Below are positions 17,986-26,825 of a stretch of DNA of 43,343 bases, in pieces. The notes under the pieces are model-generated. The model was not told where the DNA came from. It was given only the letters and a program-made list of their open reading frames with translations, and ran no database searches. The translations under genes were made by a program, and so were the position numbers. Source of the DNA: Candidatus Parcubacteria bacterium (lineage in GTDB: Bacteria > Patescibacteriota > Minisyncoccia > Phycocordibacterales > CAIJYI01); the NCBI GenBank assembly GCA_026395595.1, contig JAPLYL010000001.1, positions 72,174 to 115,516 of the forward strand, given 5' to 3'. How positions within the stretch are numbered: position 1 is the first letter of the stretch; each line of letters starts with the position of its first letter.

Positions 17986-18147
17986 GGAGCGGAGGCAAGG
18001 ATTAGTGAGTTGCGACTCGCCCCTACCTTTGTAAAGACCCGGAACGGCACAAGGATGTGCTGCGAAAGGAAAAAATTAGCTTGTGTGAAAACATAAGTGA
18101 TTACGGAAAAGGACGAAGCACTTCGGTGTTTCGTCCTTCTTTTTTTT
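17986..18147 (+). ncRNA. Candidate stand-alone sRNA, GGA-rich (CsrB/RsmY/RsmZ-like)
   Basis: No ORF; promoter upstream; several tetraloop hairpins; 8 GGA; strong C(UUCG)G terminator 18109-18147. Confidence 0.6.
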
Positions 18148-18156
18148 CAAAAACGC

Positions 18157-18185
18157 TTGACAATATTGATTTTATAGTTTATACT
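18157..18185 (+). promoter_or_regulatory. Sigma70-type promoter
   Basis: TTGACA-17 nt-TATACT. Confidence 0.7.
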
Positions 18186-18217
18186 ATATTAGGTATTAAT
18201 GTTCTTGGAGAATTATA

Positions 18218-18484
18218 ATGTTGTCATTATTAAAAAAAATATTGATCGGAATTTTATTTGCATATATAGTGAGTGCAAACTTCTGGTTCACTACAGAAGG
18301 TGTTCTTTCTGAAATAAGAAAGGTGGACGCGGGAACCTATCATATCTATGTTGAAAAAGTAAACGTGAAGCCATTCAAAACAACGGTGGACGTAAAAATT
18401 AACTACACAGATAAACTTCCACAATATCGATATTGTGTAGACTCAAATATACTTTTCTTATACAAAGTCTATCTATGCGAATAA
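18218..18484 (+). CDS. Hypothetical exported or membrane-anchored protein with a C-terminal Cys pair
   Basis: N-terminal hydrophobic segment, GGAG SD, own promoter and downstream hairpin. Confidence 0.7.
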   Translation: MLSLLKKILIGILFAYIVSANFWFTTEGVLSEIRKVDAGTYHIYVEKVNVKPFKTTVDVKINYTDKLPQYRYCVDSNILFLYKVYLCE

Positions 18485-18514
18485 GCCTATCGCGAGGTAA
18501 AACCTCGCGATTTT

Positions 18515-20335
18515 TTATTGTTTCATCATTTTCAGGAACACCTCATGCGGAATATTGACCTTCCCTTTTCCTCTCGCCTTCATCTTCTTCTTCCCTCTTT
18601 TTTGTTTTTCCAAAAGTTTCATTTTACGCGTGATGTCGCCTCCGTACAAATAATCGGTTACATCTTTACGCATAGCAGAAAGTGACCTTGATGAGATAAT
18701 TCTTCCTAATGCCTGCGACTGTATTTTTACGACAAACATCTGTCTTGGTAAAATATTGTGGAGTTTTTCCACGGCATCTTCGGCCTCTTCTTGAATTCTT
18801 TTTCTTGAGACTACGCGAGTAAAGGCGACAACCGGTTCTTCGGCTACCAAGATATCCAAACGCGCAACATCGGCGGGGCGCATGCCGGTAATTTTGTAGG
18901 AGAGCGAAGCATAGCCTGAACTGGCGCTTTTTAATTTATCGAAAAATCCGCGCATAAGCTCGCGCAACGGCATATCCACTTCTGTGGCATTGCGATTCTC
19001 TCCAAAAAGTTCTGATGCGCCGACTTCCCCCTCGTGTTCATAAAGGAGCGTCATAATGTTGCCAACGTATTCCGGCGGCGTAATAATCTTCGCTTTTACC
19101 CACGGCTCGGCGACTGATTTGTACGAACCGTAATCAGGAAACAGCGCAGGCGAGTAAATCATTTTTTTCTCGCCATTTAAGTATTCAACTTCGTAGGTAA
19201 TAGACGGCGTAGCAATGATCATGTCCAAGTCAAATTCTCGATGCAGACGTTCGGTAATAATTTCCAAATGGAGCATTCCGAGAAACCCGCAACGGAAACC
19301 GCGACCAAGAGAACCGGAAGTTTCTTCTTCATACGAGAGTGAGGCATCAGTAAGACGAAGCCGTCCGAGTGCTTGTTTCAATAAATTGAAATCGTCCTGT
19401 CCTTCGGGATAAACGGATGCCCACACGACCGGCGCGGGATTCATGTATCCGGGAAGCGCAAGACTTGGACGTTTGAATGAAGTCACTGTGTCTCCGACAG
19501 AGGCAATACCCGGCTGTTTGATGCCGGTTACGATATATCCGATCTCGCCCGCTTTGAGAGAGTCTTGAGGAACTTGATCCGGATGAAAAATGCCGACTTC
19601 AAGCGCAATGAATTTTTCATTAGCCGCACTAAAGAGAAGTATGTCATTCTTTTTCACTTCGCCATTAAACATACGGACATACACAATAACTCCGCGATGC
19701 GTGGAATATTGGAAATCAAAAACCAGCGCGCGCGGAGACTCCTCCCCTAGGTCAGTCCTAGGGGTTTCGGTTTCTTCTTGAGGGGGTTCAATTTTCTCAA
19801 TGACGGCGCGAAGAACTTCTTCAACACCTTCTCCTGTTTTTCCGGAAACGGCAAGAACCTCATTAATGTTACAATCAAGAAGCTGTGCCACCTCAGCTTT
19901 TACCTCCTCCGTTCGGGCAATCGGAGAATCGATTTTACTGACAACAGGAATAATAGTAAGCCCGGATTCGCGCGCCATTTCAAGGGTGGTCAATGTCTGC
20001 GCCTGCACGCCCTGAGTCGCGTCCACGAGCAAAATAGAGCCTTCTACGGCTTTCAGAGCGCGGGATACTTCATAAGAGAAGTCTATGTGTCCGGGAGTAT
20101 CTATCAAATTCAACACATAGGGATGCCCTTGGTATTCGTACTCCATTCTGACCGGCTGCATTTTGATGGTGATGCCTCGCTCGCGTTCAAGTTCCATGGA
20201 ATCAAGTACCTGCGCCATCATTTTGCGCTTCTCAATCGTGTGGGTGATTTCCAACATGCGATCAGCCAAAGTGGACTTCCCGTGATCAATATGAGCAATA
20301 ATGCTGAAATTTCTGATGTTTTTTCTATCTAACAT
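18515..20335 (-). CDS. lepA: Elongation factor 4 (LepA)
   Basis: IRNFSIIAHIDHGKSTLADR, GFRCGFLGMLH, YGGDITRKMKLLEKQK. Confidence 0.97.
   Translation of the reverse strand: MLDRKNIRNFSIIAHIDHGKSTLADRMLEITHTIEKRKMMAQVLDSMELERERGITIKMQPVRMEYEYQGHPYVLNLIDTPGHIDFSYEVSRALKAVEGSILLVDATQGVQAQTLTTLEMARESGLTIIPVVSKIDSPIARTEEVKAEVAQLLDCNINEVLAVSGKTGEGVEEVLRAVIEKIEPPQEETETPRTDLGEESPRALVFDFQYSTHRGVIVYVRMFNGEVKKNDILLFSAANEKFIALEVGIFHPDQVPQDSLKAGEIGYIVTGIKQPGIASVGDTVTSFKRPSLALPGYMNPAPVVWASVYPEGQDDFNLLKQALGRLRLTDASLSYEEETSGSLGRGFRCGFLGMLHLEIITERLHREFDLDMIIATPSITYEVEYLNGEKKMIYSPALFPDYGSYKSVAEPWVKAKIITPPEYVGNIMTLLYEHEGEVGASELFGENRNATEVDMPLRELMRGFFDKLKSASSGYASLSYKITGMRPADVARLDILVAEEPVVAFTRVVSRKRIQEEAEDAVEKLHNILPRQMFVVKIQSQALGRIISSRSLSAMRKDVTDYLYGGDITRKMKLLEKQKRGKKKMKARGKGKVNIPHEVFLKMMKQ
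19744..19764. repeat. 21-bp AGG-N5-CCT palindrome inside lepA
   Basis: CCCCTAGG-tcagt-CCTAGGGG, encoding part of TPRTDLGE in a linker. Confidence 0.6.
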
Positions 20336-20377
20336 AGGTGTGATAATACCTCAAAATCAAACAAAGAGGAAGAGCAA

Positions 20378-22057
20378 CTATATTTCCTCTTGTCCCGGCG
20401 ATACCGGTTTTGCTTTCCAGAACTTGTGGTGAACCTCCGCTCTTACGGTTTCAAATTCGGGATTTTTCAAAAGCATGAGAACAATCACGCCAGCGGCTAT
20501 TCCTATAATTCCCGCTAAAAATCCTTGAAAGAAAACGCCGAGGAATTTGTTTTGATCAAAAACGAGAGCAAAGATATTCAGACCTTCGTAGGCGACAAAT
20601 CCCATCGCGAACGAGGCGGTCAGACTATGCCAGAAGGCTTGGGAAATTTCTTTGGTCATTCCTTTGGCAAATTCCCTTTCAAAGGCGACCCAGTGCAGGA
20701 CGGCATTCAAAATCGTACCAATGCTGTAGGCGAGCGGAAGAGCTATTACTCCGGCGCCTTCCGCTCCTTTAATTTTAAGGACTGATTCCATAAAAATTCG
20801 GAAATCATTTTGTCCGGCGAATACATGAATAAAAAAGAAAGCAAGAATGATTATCAGCACCGCACAGAAGAAATTCATGAAGAGCGGTTTTTTGGTATTG
20901 CCGGTGGCGTAATAGCCACGGGTAAAAAGCAGAATGAGACTTTGCGCGACGAGAGAGATGGTGAAGAGCGCGAGCGCTGCCGCAGTCAGACGAGTATCAT
21001 TCCAACTAAAACGACCGGATCCTAAAATAACGCGGACGATTTGCGCGCGGAGAACGATGAACAAAAAGATAACGGGAAGCGACCAGAAGATGATATGCTT
21101 GGCAGCATTTGTGATTTGCGCGGCAAATTTCTTTTTTTCTCCGTTCGCAAAAAGCCGCGCCATCGTCGGAAACGCAGCGACGGAATACGAAACGCCGATA
21201 ATGGACAACGGAACCGATTGGAGGTTGTACGAAAATTGAAAAATGGAAATGGAACCGACAGAAATAAGAGAAGCAAAAGTAATGAGAATAAGAACGGAAA
21301 TGTTGTTGATGGACATTGCCAGAGTTCTCGGCAAAGAAAGCAAAGTTACTTTTCTTATACTCTTCCAGTCAACAAAAGCGGAGAATTTCGGAAAGAAATC
21401 TTCTTTAAGGATGACGGGGAGTTGAATGATAAGGTGGAAGAATGCTCCGATAACGACGCCAAGAACGATTCCGAGAAGCCCGAACATTGGGTACAGAAAA
21501 ATAATGCCGATAATAATACCGAGATTGTAGAGTACCGGACTCAAAGCAAAGACAAAAAATTTATTGACTGACTGCGTAATACTACCGACGAGATTGGAAA
21601 GTCCGAGAAGGAAAGGGGAGAGAAGAAGCACACGGGCGAGAAATACTACTTGCGTTTGATCCGCCCAGGAAAAACCAGGCACCACATATGGAGCAAGAAA
21701 CGGCATCAAAGCAAAAATAAAAAGAGAAGCCGTGGCCATCGCCACAAAAAACAACGTAAAAATATCATTAAGAAATTTTTTCGCTTCATCGTGCCCCTTC
21801 CCGATTCTTTCTATAAAAAACGGAACGATGGCTGTCGCCGATGCGAACGAAGCAATGGAAACAAAAAGAAAATCAGGAATCCGAAATGCGGCATAGTACA
21901 TGTCCAGAGCATGCGAAGCGCCGAAAGAATGGGCGAGTAATCGGTCGCGTACTAAACCAAGCACCTGCGACAAAAGCGCGAAGATGGCCAGAAGATATGC
22001 CGCTTCATGCAAGCCTCCGAATTCTTTATGGAAAATTTTTAATAAGCGACTAACCAT
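20378..22057 (-). CDS. murJ: Lipid II flippase MurJ (MviN)
   Basis: LSQVLGLVRD, YYAAFRIPD, LSPVLYNLGII, SVAAFP; multi-TM. Confidence 0.92.
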   Translation of the reverse strand: MVSRLLKIFHKEFGGLHEAAYLLAIFALLSQVLGLVRDRLLAHSFGASHALDMYYAAFRIPDFLFVSIASFASATAIVPFFIERIGKGHDEAKKFLNDIFTLFFVAMATASLFIFALMPFLAPYVVPGFSWADQTQVVFLARVLLLSPFLLGLSNLVGSITQSVNKFFVFALSPVLYNLGIIIGIIFLYPMFGLLGIVLGVVIGAFFHLIIQLPVILKEDFFPKFSAFVDWKSIRKVTLLSLPRTLAMSINNISVLILITFASLISVGSISIFQFSYNLQSVPLSIIGVSYSVAAFPTMARLFANGEKKKFAAQITNAAKHIIFWSLPVIFLFIVLRAQIVRVILGSGRFSWNDTRLTAAALALFTISLVAQSLILLFTRGYYATGNTKKPLFMNFFCAVLIIILAFFFIHVFAGQNDFRIFMESVLKIKGAEGAGVIALPLAYSIGTILNAVLHWVAFEREFAKGMTKEISQAFWHSLTASFAMGFVAYEGLNIFALVFDQNKFLGVFFQGFLAGIIGIAAGVIVLMLLKNPEFETVRAEVHHKFWKAKPVSPGQEEI

Positions 22058-22064
22058 TGTTTTT

Positions 22065-22178
22065 AAATTTCCAATTTCAAATACCCAATTTCCAATAAAA
22101 TGTCCAATACCCAATTGTTAAAATAGTTTTTTGACATTTGGATTTTTATTGGAAATTGGTAATTGGGAATTTGAAATT
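22065..22178. repeat. Inverted heptamer-repeat element (CAATTTC/CAATACC ... GAAATTG/GTAATTG)
   Basis: 7-nt periodic arms that are mutually complementary, in the murJ 5' region. Confidence 0.7.
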
Positions 22179-22250
22179 ATTGCCTCTATTATATACGATT
22201 TCTCTTCATAATTACAGGAAAAAACGGCTTGCGCCGTTTTTCTCCAAAAA

Positions 22251-23285
22251 TTATTTTTTCTTTTTCTGATAATTCTGATTGGCAGCAACAACAGGAATGT
22301 GTTTTCTTTTATACTCCTCTACCACCACCAAAAGCGGACTCGCGAGGAAGATGGAAGAATAGGTTCCCATGGTTACGCCGATCAAGAGGATAAGAGCGAA
22401 GTTATAAGTGGAGGCGGGGCCGAAGACAAGAAGCATAACCAGCACCAAAATCAGGGTCAGTGAAGTGTTGATGGAACGAACAAAGGTCTGTTGGAGAGAA
22501 GCACCGACAACTTTTTCAAAATCCAAAGAAATTTTGTTTTTCAAGTTCTCGCGAATTCGGTCAAAAACGACGATGGTATCGTGTACGGAAAATCCGAGAA
22601 TGATAAGAAGCGCCGTAACAAAAAGGATATCCGCCTCAAAAGAAGGATTGAAATGTCCAAGAATGGCCAGCGCGCCGGTCGGAATGATAACGTCGTGCAT
22701 CAAAGAAATGACGACCATGACTCCATATTTTGAAGAAGAGACAGGAACGGATACTTTTCGGAAAGCAAAAGCAATGAAAAGCATGATGGCGAGAATAACT
22801 CCTCCGACTGCCACGAATGCTTTGGATCGGAGTTCTGTTCCCATAACAGGGCCAATGGAAGTAAATCTTTTTTCAACAATCTGTTGGGTGCCGCCAAAAG
22901 AAAGAACTTCAAGAAGTTTGGTATGTTCCGTGTCAGAGAGAGATTTGGTACGGATGATGTATCCGCTCTTCCCCGTTGGCTGAACGATAGCATCATTAAT
23001 TCCGTCTTTAACCAAAGCTTCTTTAACATCTGAGATTTTCGGAAGAGTCGTGGCAACGACGGGGGTAATAACATTTTCCGAAACGGGCGCGACTTCTACA
23101 CCTTCAGATACGATTATCGGAGTAGCAGCGGACGGGGCTTTCAGTGAGTATTCCGCCTCAAGAAGACTACCTCCAGTAAAATCAATACCGTAACGAACTC
23201 CGAAGATGTACATACTCGCAAATGAGAGAACGACCAGTACGGCGGAAATTCCAATGAATATATATTTGTGTTTGATGATAAACAT
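22251..23285 (-). CDS. secF: Protein translocase subunit SecF
   Basis: GIDFTGG, SIGPVMGTEL, GFSVHDTIVVFDRIRE, RSINTS, GTYSSIFLA. Confidence 0.96.
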   Translation of the reverse strand: MFIIKHKYIFIGISAVLVVLSFASMYIFGVRYGIDFTGGSLLEAEYSLKAPSAATPIIVSEGVEVAPVSENVITPVVATTLPKISDVKEALVKDGINDAIVQPTGKSGYIIRTKSLSDTEHTKLLEVLSFGGTQQIVEKRFTSIGPVMGTELRSKAFVAVGGVILAIMLFIAFAFRKVSVPVSSSKYGVMVVISLMHDVIIPTGALAILGHFNPSFEADILFVTALLIILGFSVHDTIVVFDRIRENLKNKISLDFEKVVGASLQQTFVRSINTSLTLILVLVMLLVFGPASTYNFALILLIGVTMGTYSSIFLASPLLVVVEEYKRKHIPVVAANQNYQKKKK

Positions 23286-23302
23286 AAAGATTTTTTGCGC
23301 GA

Positions 23303-24745
23303 TTAATTTTTCGCTCCGCTTCCGAAGAGGAACTTGGTAAACTTTGAATCTCCGTCAACTCCGATTGCCAAAAGCAAAGTACGGGTAACCGTAAGCGCGG
23401 TAAACATGGAAACAAGAACACCGATTCCGAGAACAAGAGCGAATCCTTTAATCATTGCGGTTCCAAACCAGAAGAGAATGACAGCACTGATGATAGTGGA
23501 AAGATTGCTGTCGCGAATTGAAGTCCAAGCGCGCGCAAATCCTTCAAGAACCGCATCATGAACCCCTCGTCCTTTTGCGAGCTCTTCTTTCATACGAGCG
23601 AAGATAAGAATGTTGGCATCAACGGCCATACCGATAGTAAGAATAAAACCGGCAATACCGGCAGCCGTCATCGTAACCGGAAGCGTTTTGAAAATTGCAA
23701 TCATAATCGCCGCATAGATAGAGAGAGAAATGGTTGCGATAAGTCCGGGAAAACGATACCAGAGCAACATGAAAAGCGCGACGACAAGAAAACCGTATAA
23801 ACCGGCGAGTAAGATGGATGAATATGCTTCGCCTCCGAGAGTTGAACCCACAGACTGAGTAGAAAGAAGTTCAATGGAAACAGGGAGCGCTCCCGAATTC
23901 AAGCGGCCGACAAGAGTTTTTGCTTCTTCAACGGTGAAAGAACCGGAGATAACGGCGTTGCCCGATAAAATTTCTTCATTGACTCTCGGTGCGGAAATAG
24001 GAGAACCGTCAAGATAGATCGCAACGGTTTTTCCGACATTCTCTCTGGTAATTTTTGCAAAGAGGTCTTTTCCTTGCGTATTGAATTCAAGAGCGACTTT
24101 CGGCTCGCCGAATTGACTCAGGTCAAGAGATGATTTTTTGAGAAATTGTCCGGTAAGTTCGGTGGAAGCATAGACATCTTCAAAAGCCAAAGGATTGATT
24201 TTTGACTGGTCAAACGGTGTTCCATTTTTCTGTGCTTCTTCAGATAACTTTTGGGCTTCTTCTTTTGCTTTCGTTATTGCTTCCATTTCCGCTTTCGGAC
24301 GTTCCACTTTGAATTCCAAAATGGGGGTCGCACCAATCATTGATACGGCTTTCTGGACATCAGTTACTCCGGGAAGTTCAACAATAAGACGCTGTTGCTG
24401 TCCGCCCTCTGTAAAAGAGCTTGACTGTTCAACCTGCACGAGCGGTTCCGCTACGCCAAAAAGATTGACGCGTCGTTCTATGACATCGCGAAGAGAGTTC
24501 ATGGAAGTGTTCACATCGGTAGCCTTCGTGCCAACCAATTTATTCGTGTTGGCTTTGTAAACAAGATGCGTTCCTCCTTGGAGATCCAGACCAAGCTTAA
24601 GAGAAAACTTTTGGAGAGAGGCTTTCGGGCTGATATTTACTTTGTCTAATATCGCAAAATGCTTTGATTCTGACGCGAAGTCAAAATATGCGAGTCCGAG
24701 GCCGCAGAGAACCAACAAGACCGCCAAAAATCTGGTTTTTTTCAT
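23303..24745 (-). CDS. secD: Protein translocase subunit SecD
   Basis: KLGLDLQGG, RRVNLFGVAEP, LNSGALP, GMAVDANILIF, IRDSN. Confidence 0.96.
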   Translation of the reverse strand: MKKTRFLAVLLVLCGLGLAYFDFASESKHFAILDKVNISPKASLQKFSLKLGLDLQGGTHLVYKANTNKLVGTKATDVNTSMNSLRDVIERRVNLFGVAEPLVQVEQSSSFTEGGQQQRLIVELPGVTDVQKAVSMIGATPILEFKVERPKAEMEAITKAKEEAQKLSEEAQKNGTPFDQSKINPLAFEDVYASTELTGQFLKKSSLDLSQFGEPKVALEFNTQGKDLFAKITRENVGKTVAIYLDGSPISAPRVNEEILSGNAVISGSFTVEEAKTLVGRLNSGALPVSIELLSTQSVGSTLGGEAYSSILLAGLYGFLVVALFMLLWYRFPGLIATISLSIYAAIMIAIFKTLPVTMTAAGIAGFILTIGMAVDANILIFARMKEELAKGRGVHDAVLEGFARAWTSIRDSNLSTIISAVILFWFGTAMIKGFALVLGIGVLVSMFTALTVTRTLLLAIGVDGDSKFTKFLFGSGAKN

Positions 24746-24900
24746 AAGTACAAGAAATTATATGCTTTTTACGCGATTTTGCAACGGTTGCAAAAAAGGT
24801 CGACGTATGTGTTAAAAAATACTTGACTTATTGGAATATACATGATATTATAAAAACCGATATTTCAGTTCCTTTCCATATTCAAACCAAGGAGAGACCT

Positions 24901-25545
24901 ATGTCTATTTGGACTCTTATTTGGGTGATTCCTTTGTTTTTTCTCTTTTTCTTTTTGAAAAAAGTTTACAAAGGTACCCTATTAGACAAAAAAGAACAAC
25001 TTTTACACCAAGACATTACCGTAGAAGACGAGCAAAAAAAATTTGCAACTATTGAGTTGAACGATCAAACAACCGAGGGTGTTGGCGCGATCGTGATTGA
25101 CATGCAAGACTATTTCATGAGCGACGAAAAACTAAAAATGGTAAAGAATCAGATTCCAATCATTTCTTTTTGCAGAAAAAACGGTATCCCTGTTGCTGTT
25201 ATAAATTATCACAAATGTGGCCCAATTACGGCATCACTTACTGACTCAACGTCCGGTTTACCTGTCTTTGAAAAAAGAAAAGATGATGCGTTTTCTCAAG
25301 AAGATTTCCAAAACTGGCTCAAGAAAAACGGGGTGAAAACATTAATAATCATGGGTGTAAATGCTTGCGCTTGTGTCTTTGAAACAGCAAACAGCGCTCT
25401 CAAAAACGGATACCGAGTTATAACGAATCATGAGATAATCGGGGGATACTGCGGGCATTCTTTTTGCTCAGGAGGAACACCGGAATGGTACGACAAAAAC
25501 ACCATTCAACTCAACACCCGTGAGGCAGAAATCACAGGGAAATAA
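24901..25545 (+). CDS. Isochorismatase-family cysteine hydrolase with N-terminal TM
   Basis: VIDMQ, EK..DDAF, GVNACACV..TA (Asp-Lys-Cys triad); AAGGAG SD. Confidence 0.85.
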   Translation: MSIWTLIWVIPLFFLFFFLKKVYKGTLLDKKEQLLHQDITVEDEQKKFATIELNDQTTEGVGAIVIDMQDYFMSDEKLKMVKNQIPIISFCRKNGIPVAVINYHKCGPITASLTDSTSGLPVFEKRKDDAFSQEDFQNWLKKNGVKTLIIMGVNACACVFETANSALKNGYRVITNHEIIGGYCGHSFCSGGTPEWYDKNTIQLNTREAEITGK

Positions 25546-25590
25546 ACTCTCTCCAAAAATATTTTGAGTTTTACTAATAAATAAAACCCA

Positions 25591-25622
25591 AAAATGCCAC
25601 CGAATAAAATCGGTGGCATTTT
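25591..25622. terminator. Bidirectional terminator
   Basis: AAAATGCCACCGA-ataaaa-TCGGTGGCATTTT. Confidence 0.7.
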
Positions 25623-25649
25623 ATATTTATGTGTCAGAAATCACCAGCG

Positions 25650-26822
25650 CTAATTTTTTAAGATCTTATCAATCCTCTCCACCAATTTTACCATGTCTTT
25701 TTCCTTCATCCCGCGAGTCGTTTCCGCCGCCGTTCCGAGGCGGATTCCGGATGGGTCAAAAGGTTTTCTGGTATCAAAAGGTATCGCGTTTTTGTTGACG
25801 ATAATTCCCTCTTTTTCCAAACGTTCGCTCGCCTCTTTTCCGGAAATGCCCGTTCCATTCTTCCACGTATCAACAAGCACGAGGTGTGAATCCGTTCCGC
25901 CGGAAATAATTCTCCATCCGCGTTTTTTCAATTCAGTAGCAAGTGCCTGTGCATTTTTTATTACCTGCTTTGCATAGACTTTGAACGCGGGAGTGTCGGC
26001 TTCCCCGAGAGCCACGGCCACACCGGCGATGGCATTCATATGCGGACCGCCCTGCAGTCCCGGAAAAATCGCTTTGTCTATTTTTTCAGGAAAACCGCGT
26101 TCATCTCTTTTTGAAAAGATAAGCGCCGCTCTGGGTCCGCGAAGGGTTTTGTGCGTAGTAGTCGTAACGACATCGGCATATTTGAAAGGACTCGGATATT
26201 CGCCTCCCGCAACCAGTCCGGCAAAGTGCGACATATCCACCATGAGTATCGCGCCGGACAAATCGGCAATGTTGCGGAATTTTTTGAAATCAATTTTTCT
26301 CGGATACGCGGTAAAACCGGCAACGATGATATCCGGTTTGTCTATCATGGCTTTCGTCAAAAGTTCTTCGTAGTTGATACGTTCCGTTTTTTTATCCAAA
26401 CCAAAGGGAATTCCTTTCCACGCATTGCCGGTAAAAGAAACTTTCTGTCCGTGAGTCAGATGTCCGCCATGCGCCAGCGACATTCCCATTATTTTTCTCC
26501 CCAACGGAACGAGCGCGGAATACACCGCAAGATTGGCGGGAGAACCGGAAAGAGGTTGAACATTCACCGCCCAGCTTTTTGGATTGAGTTTAAAAAGTTT
26601 GAGCGCACGATTTCGGCAGAGCGTTTCCACTTCATCAGTAACTTCATTTCCGCCGTAATATCGCTTGCCAGGATACCCCTCGGCATATTTATTCGTCAGT
26701 TCCGACCCAAGAGCAGTAAGAACATCAGCCGAAACAAAATTCTCGGAAGCAATCAAATTGACAACTTTCTTCTGTCGTTCTTTTTCTTTCTTTATGAGTT
26801 TTTCTATTTCTTTGTCTTTCAT
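25650..26822 (-). CDS. glyA: Serine hydroxymethyltransferase
   Basis: LIASENF, NKYAEGYPGKRYYGG, VTTTTHKTLRGPR, SGIRLGT. Confidence 0.97.
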   Translation of the reverse strand: MKDKEIEKLIKKEKERQKKVVNLIASENFVSADVLTALGSELTNKYAEGYPGKRYYGGNEVTDEVETLCRNRALKLFKLNPKSWAVNVQPLSGSPANLAVYSALVPLGRKIMGMSLAHGGHLTHGQKVSFTGNAWKGIPFGLDKKTERINYEELLTKAMIDKPDIIVAGFTAYPRKIDFKKFRNIADLSGAILMVDMSHFAGLVAGGEYPSPFKYADVVTTTTHKTLRGPRAALIFSKRDERGFPEKIDKAIFPGLQGGPHMNAIAGVAVALGEADTPAFKVYAKQVIKNAQALATELKKRGWRIISGGTDSHLVLVDTWKNGTGISGKEASERLEKEGIIVNKNAIPFDTRKPFDPSGIRLGTAAETTRGMKEKDMVKLVERIDKILKN

Positions 26823-26825
26823 AGG

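Noticed and set aside
17986-18147. The candidate sRNA as SRP RNA, 6S RNA or a riboswitch for the 18218 gene
   Set aside because: No SRP helix-8 motif (CAGG..GNRA..AGCAG), no 5'/3' long rod, and the downstream gene has its own promoter after the terminator. Not excluded without an Rfam search.
9335-22114. N-terminal extensions in the ORF track (GNAT from 9335, HIT from 15325, purN from 17242, murJ from 22114)
   Set aside because: The extensions read through tRNA sequence or heptamer repeats; downstream ATGs fit better.
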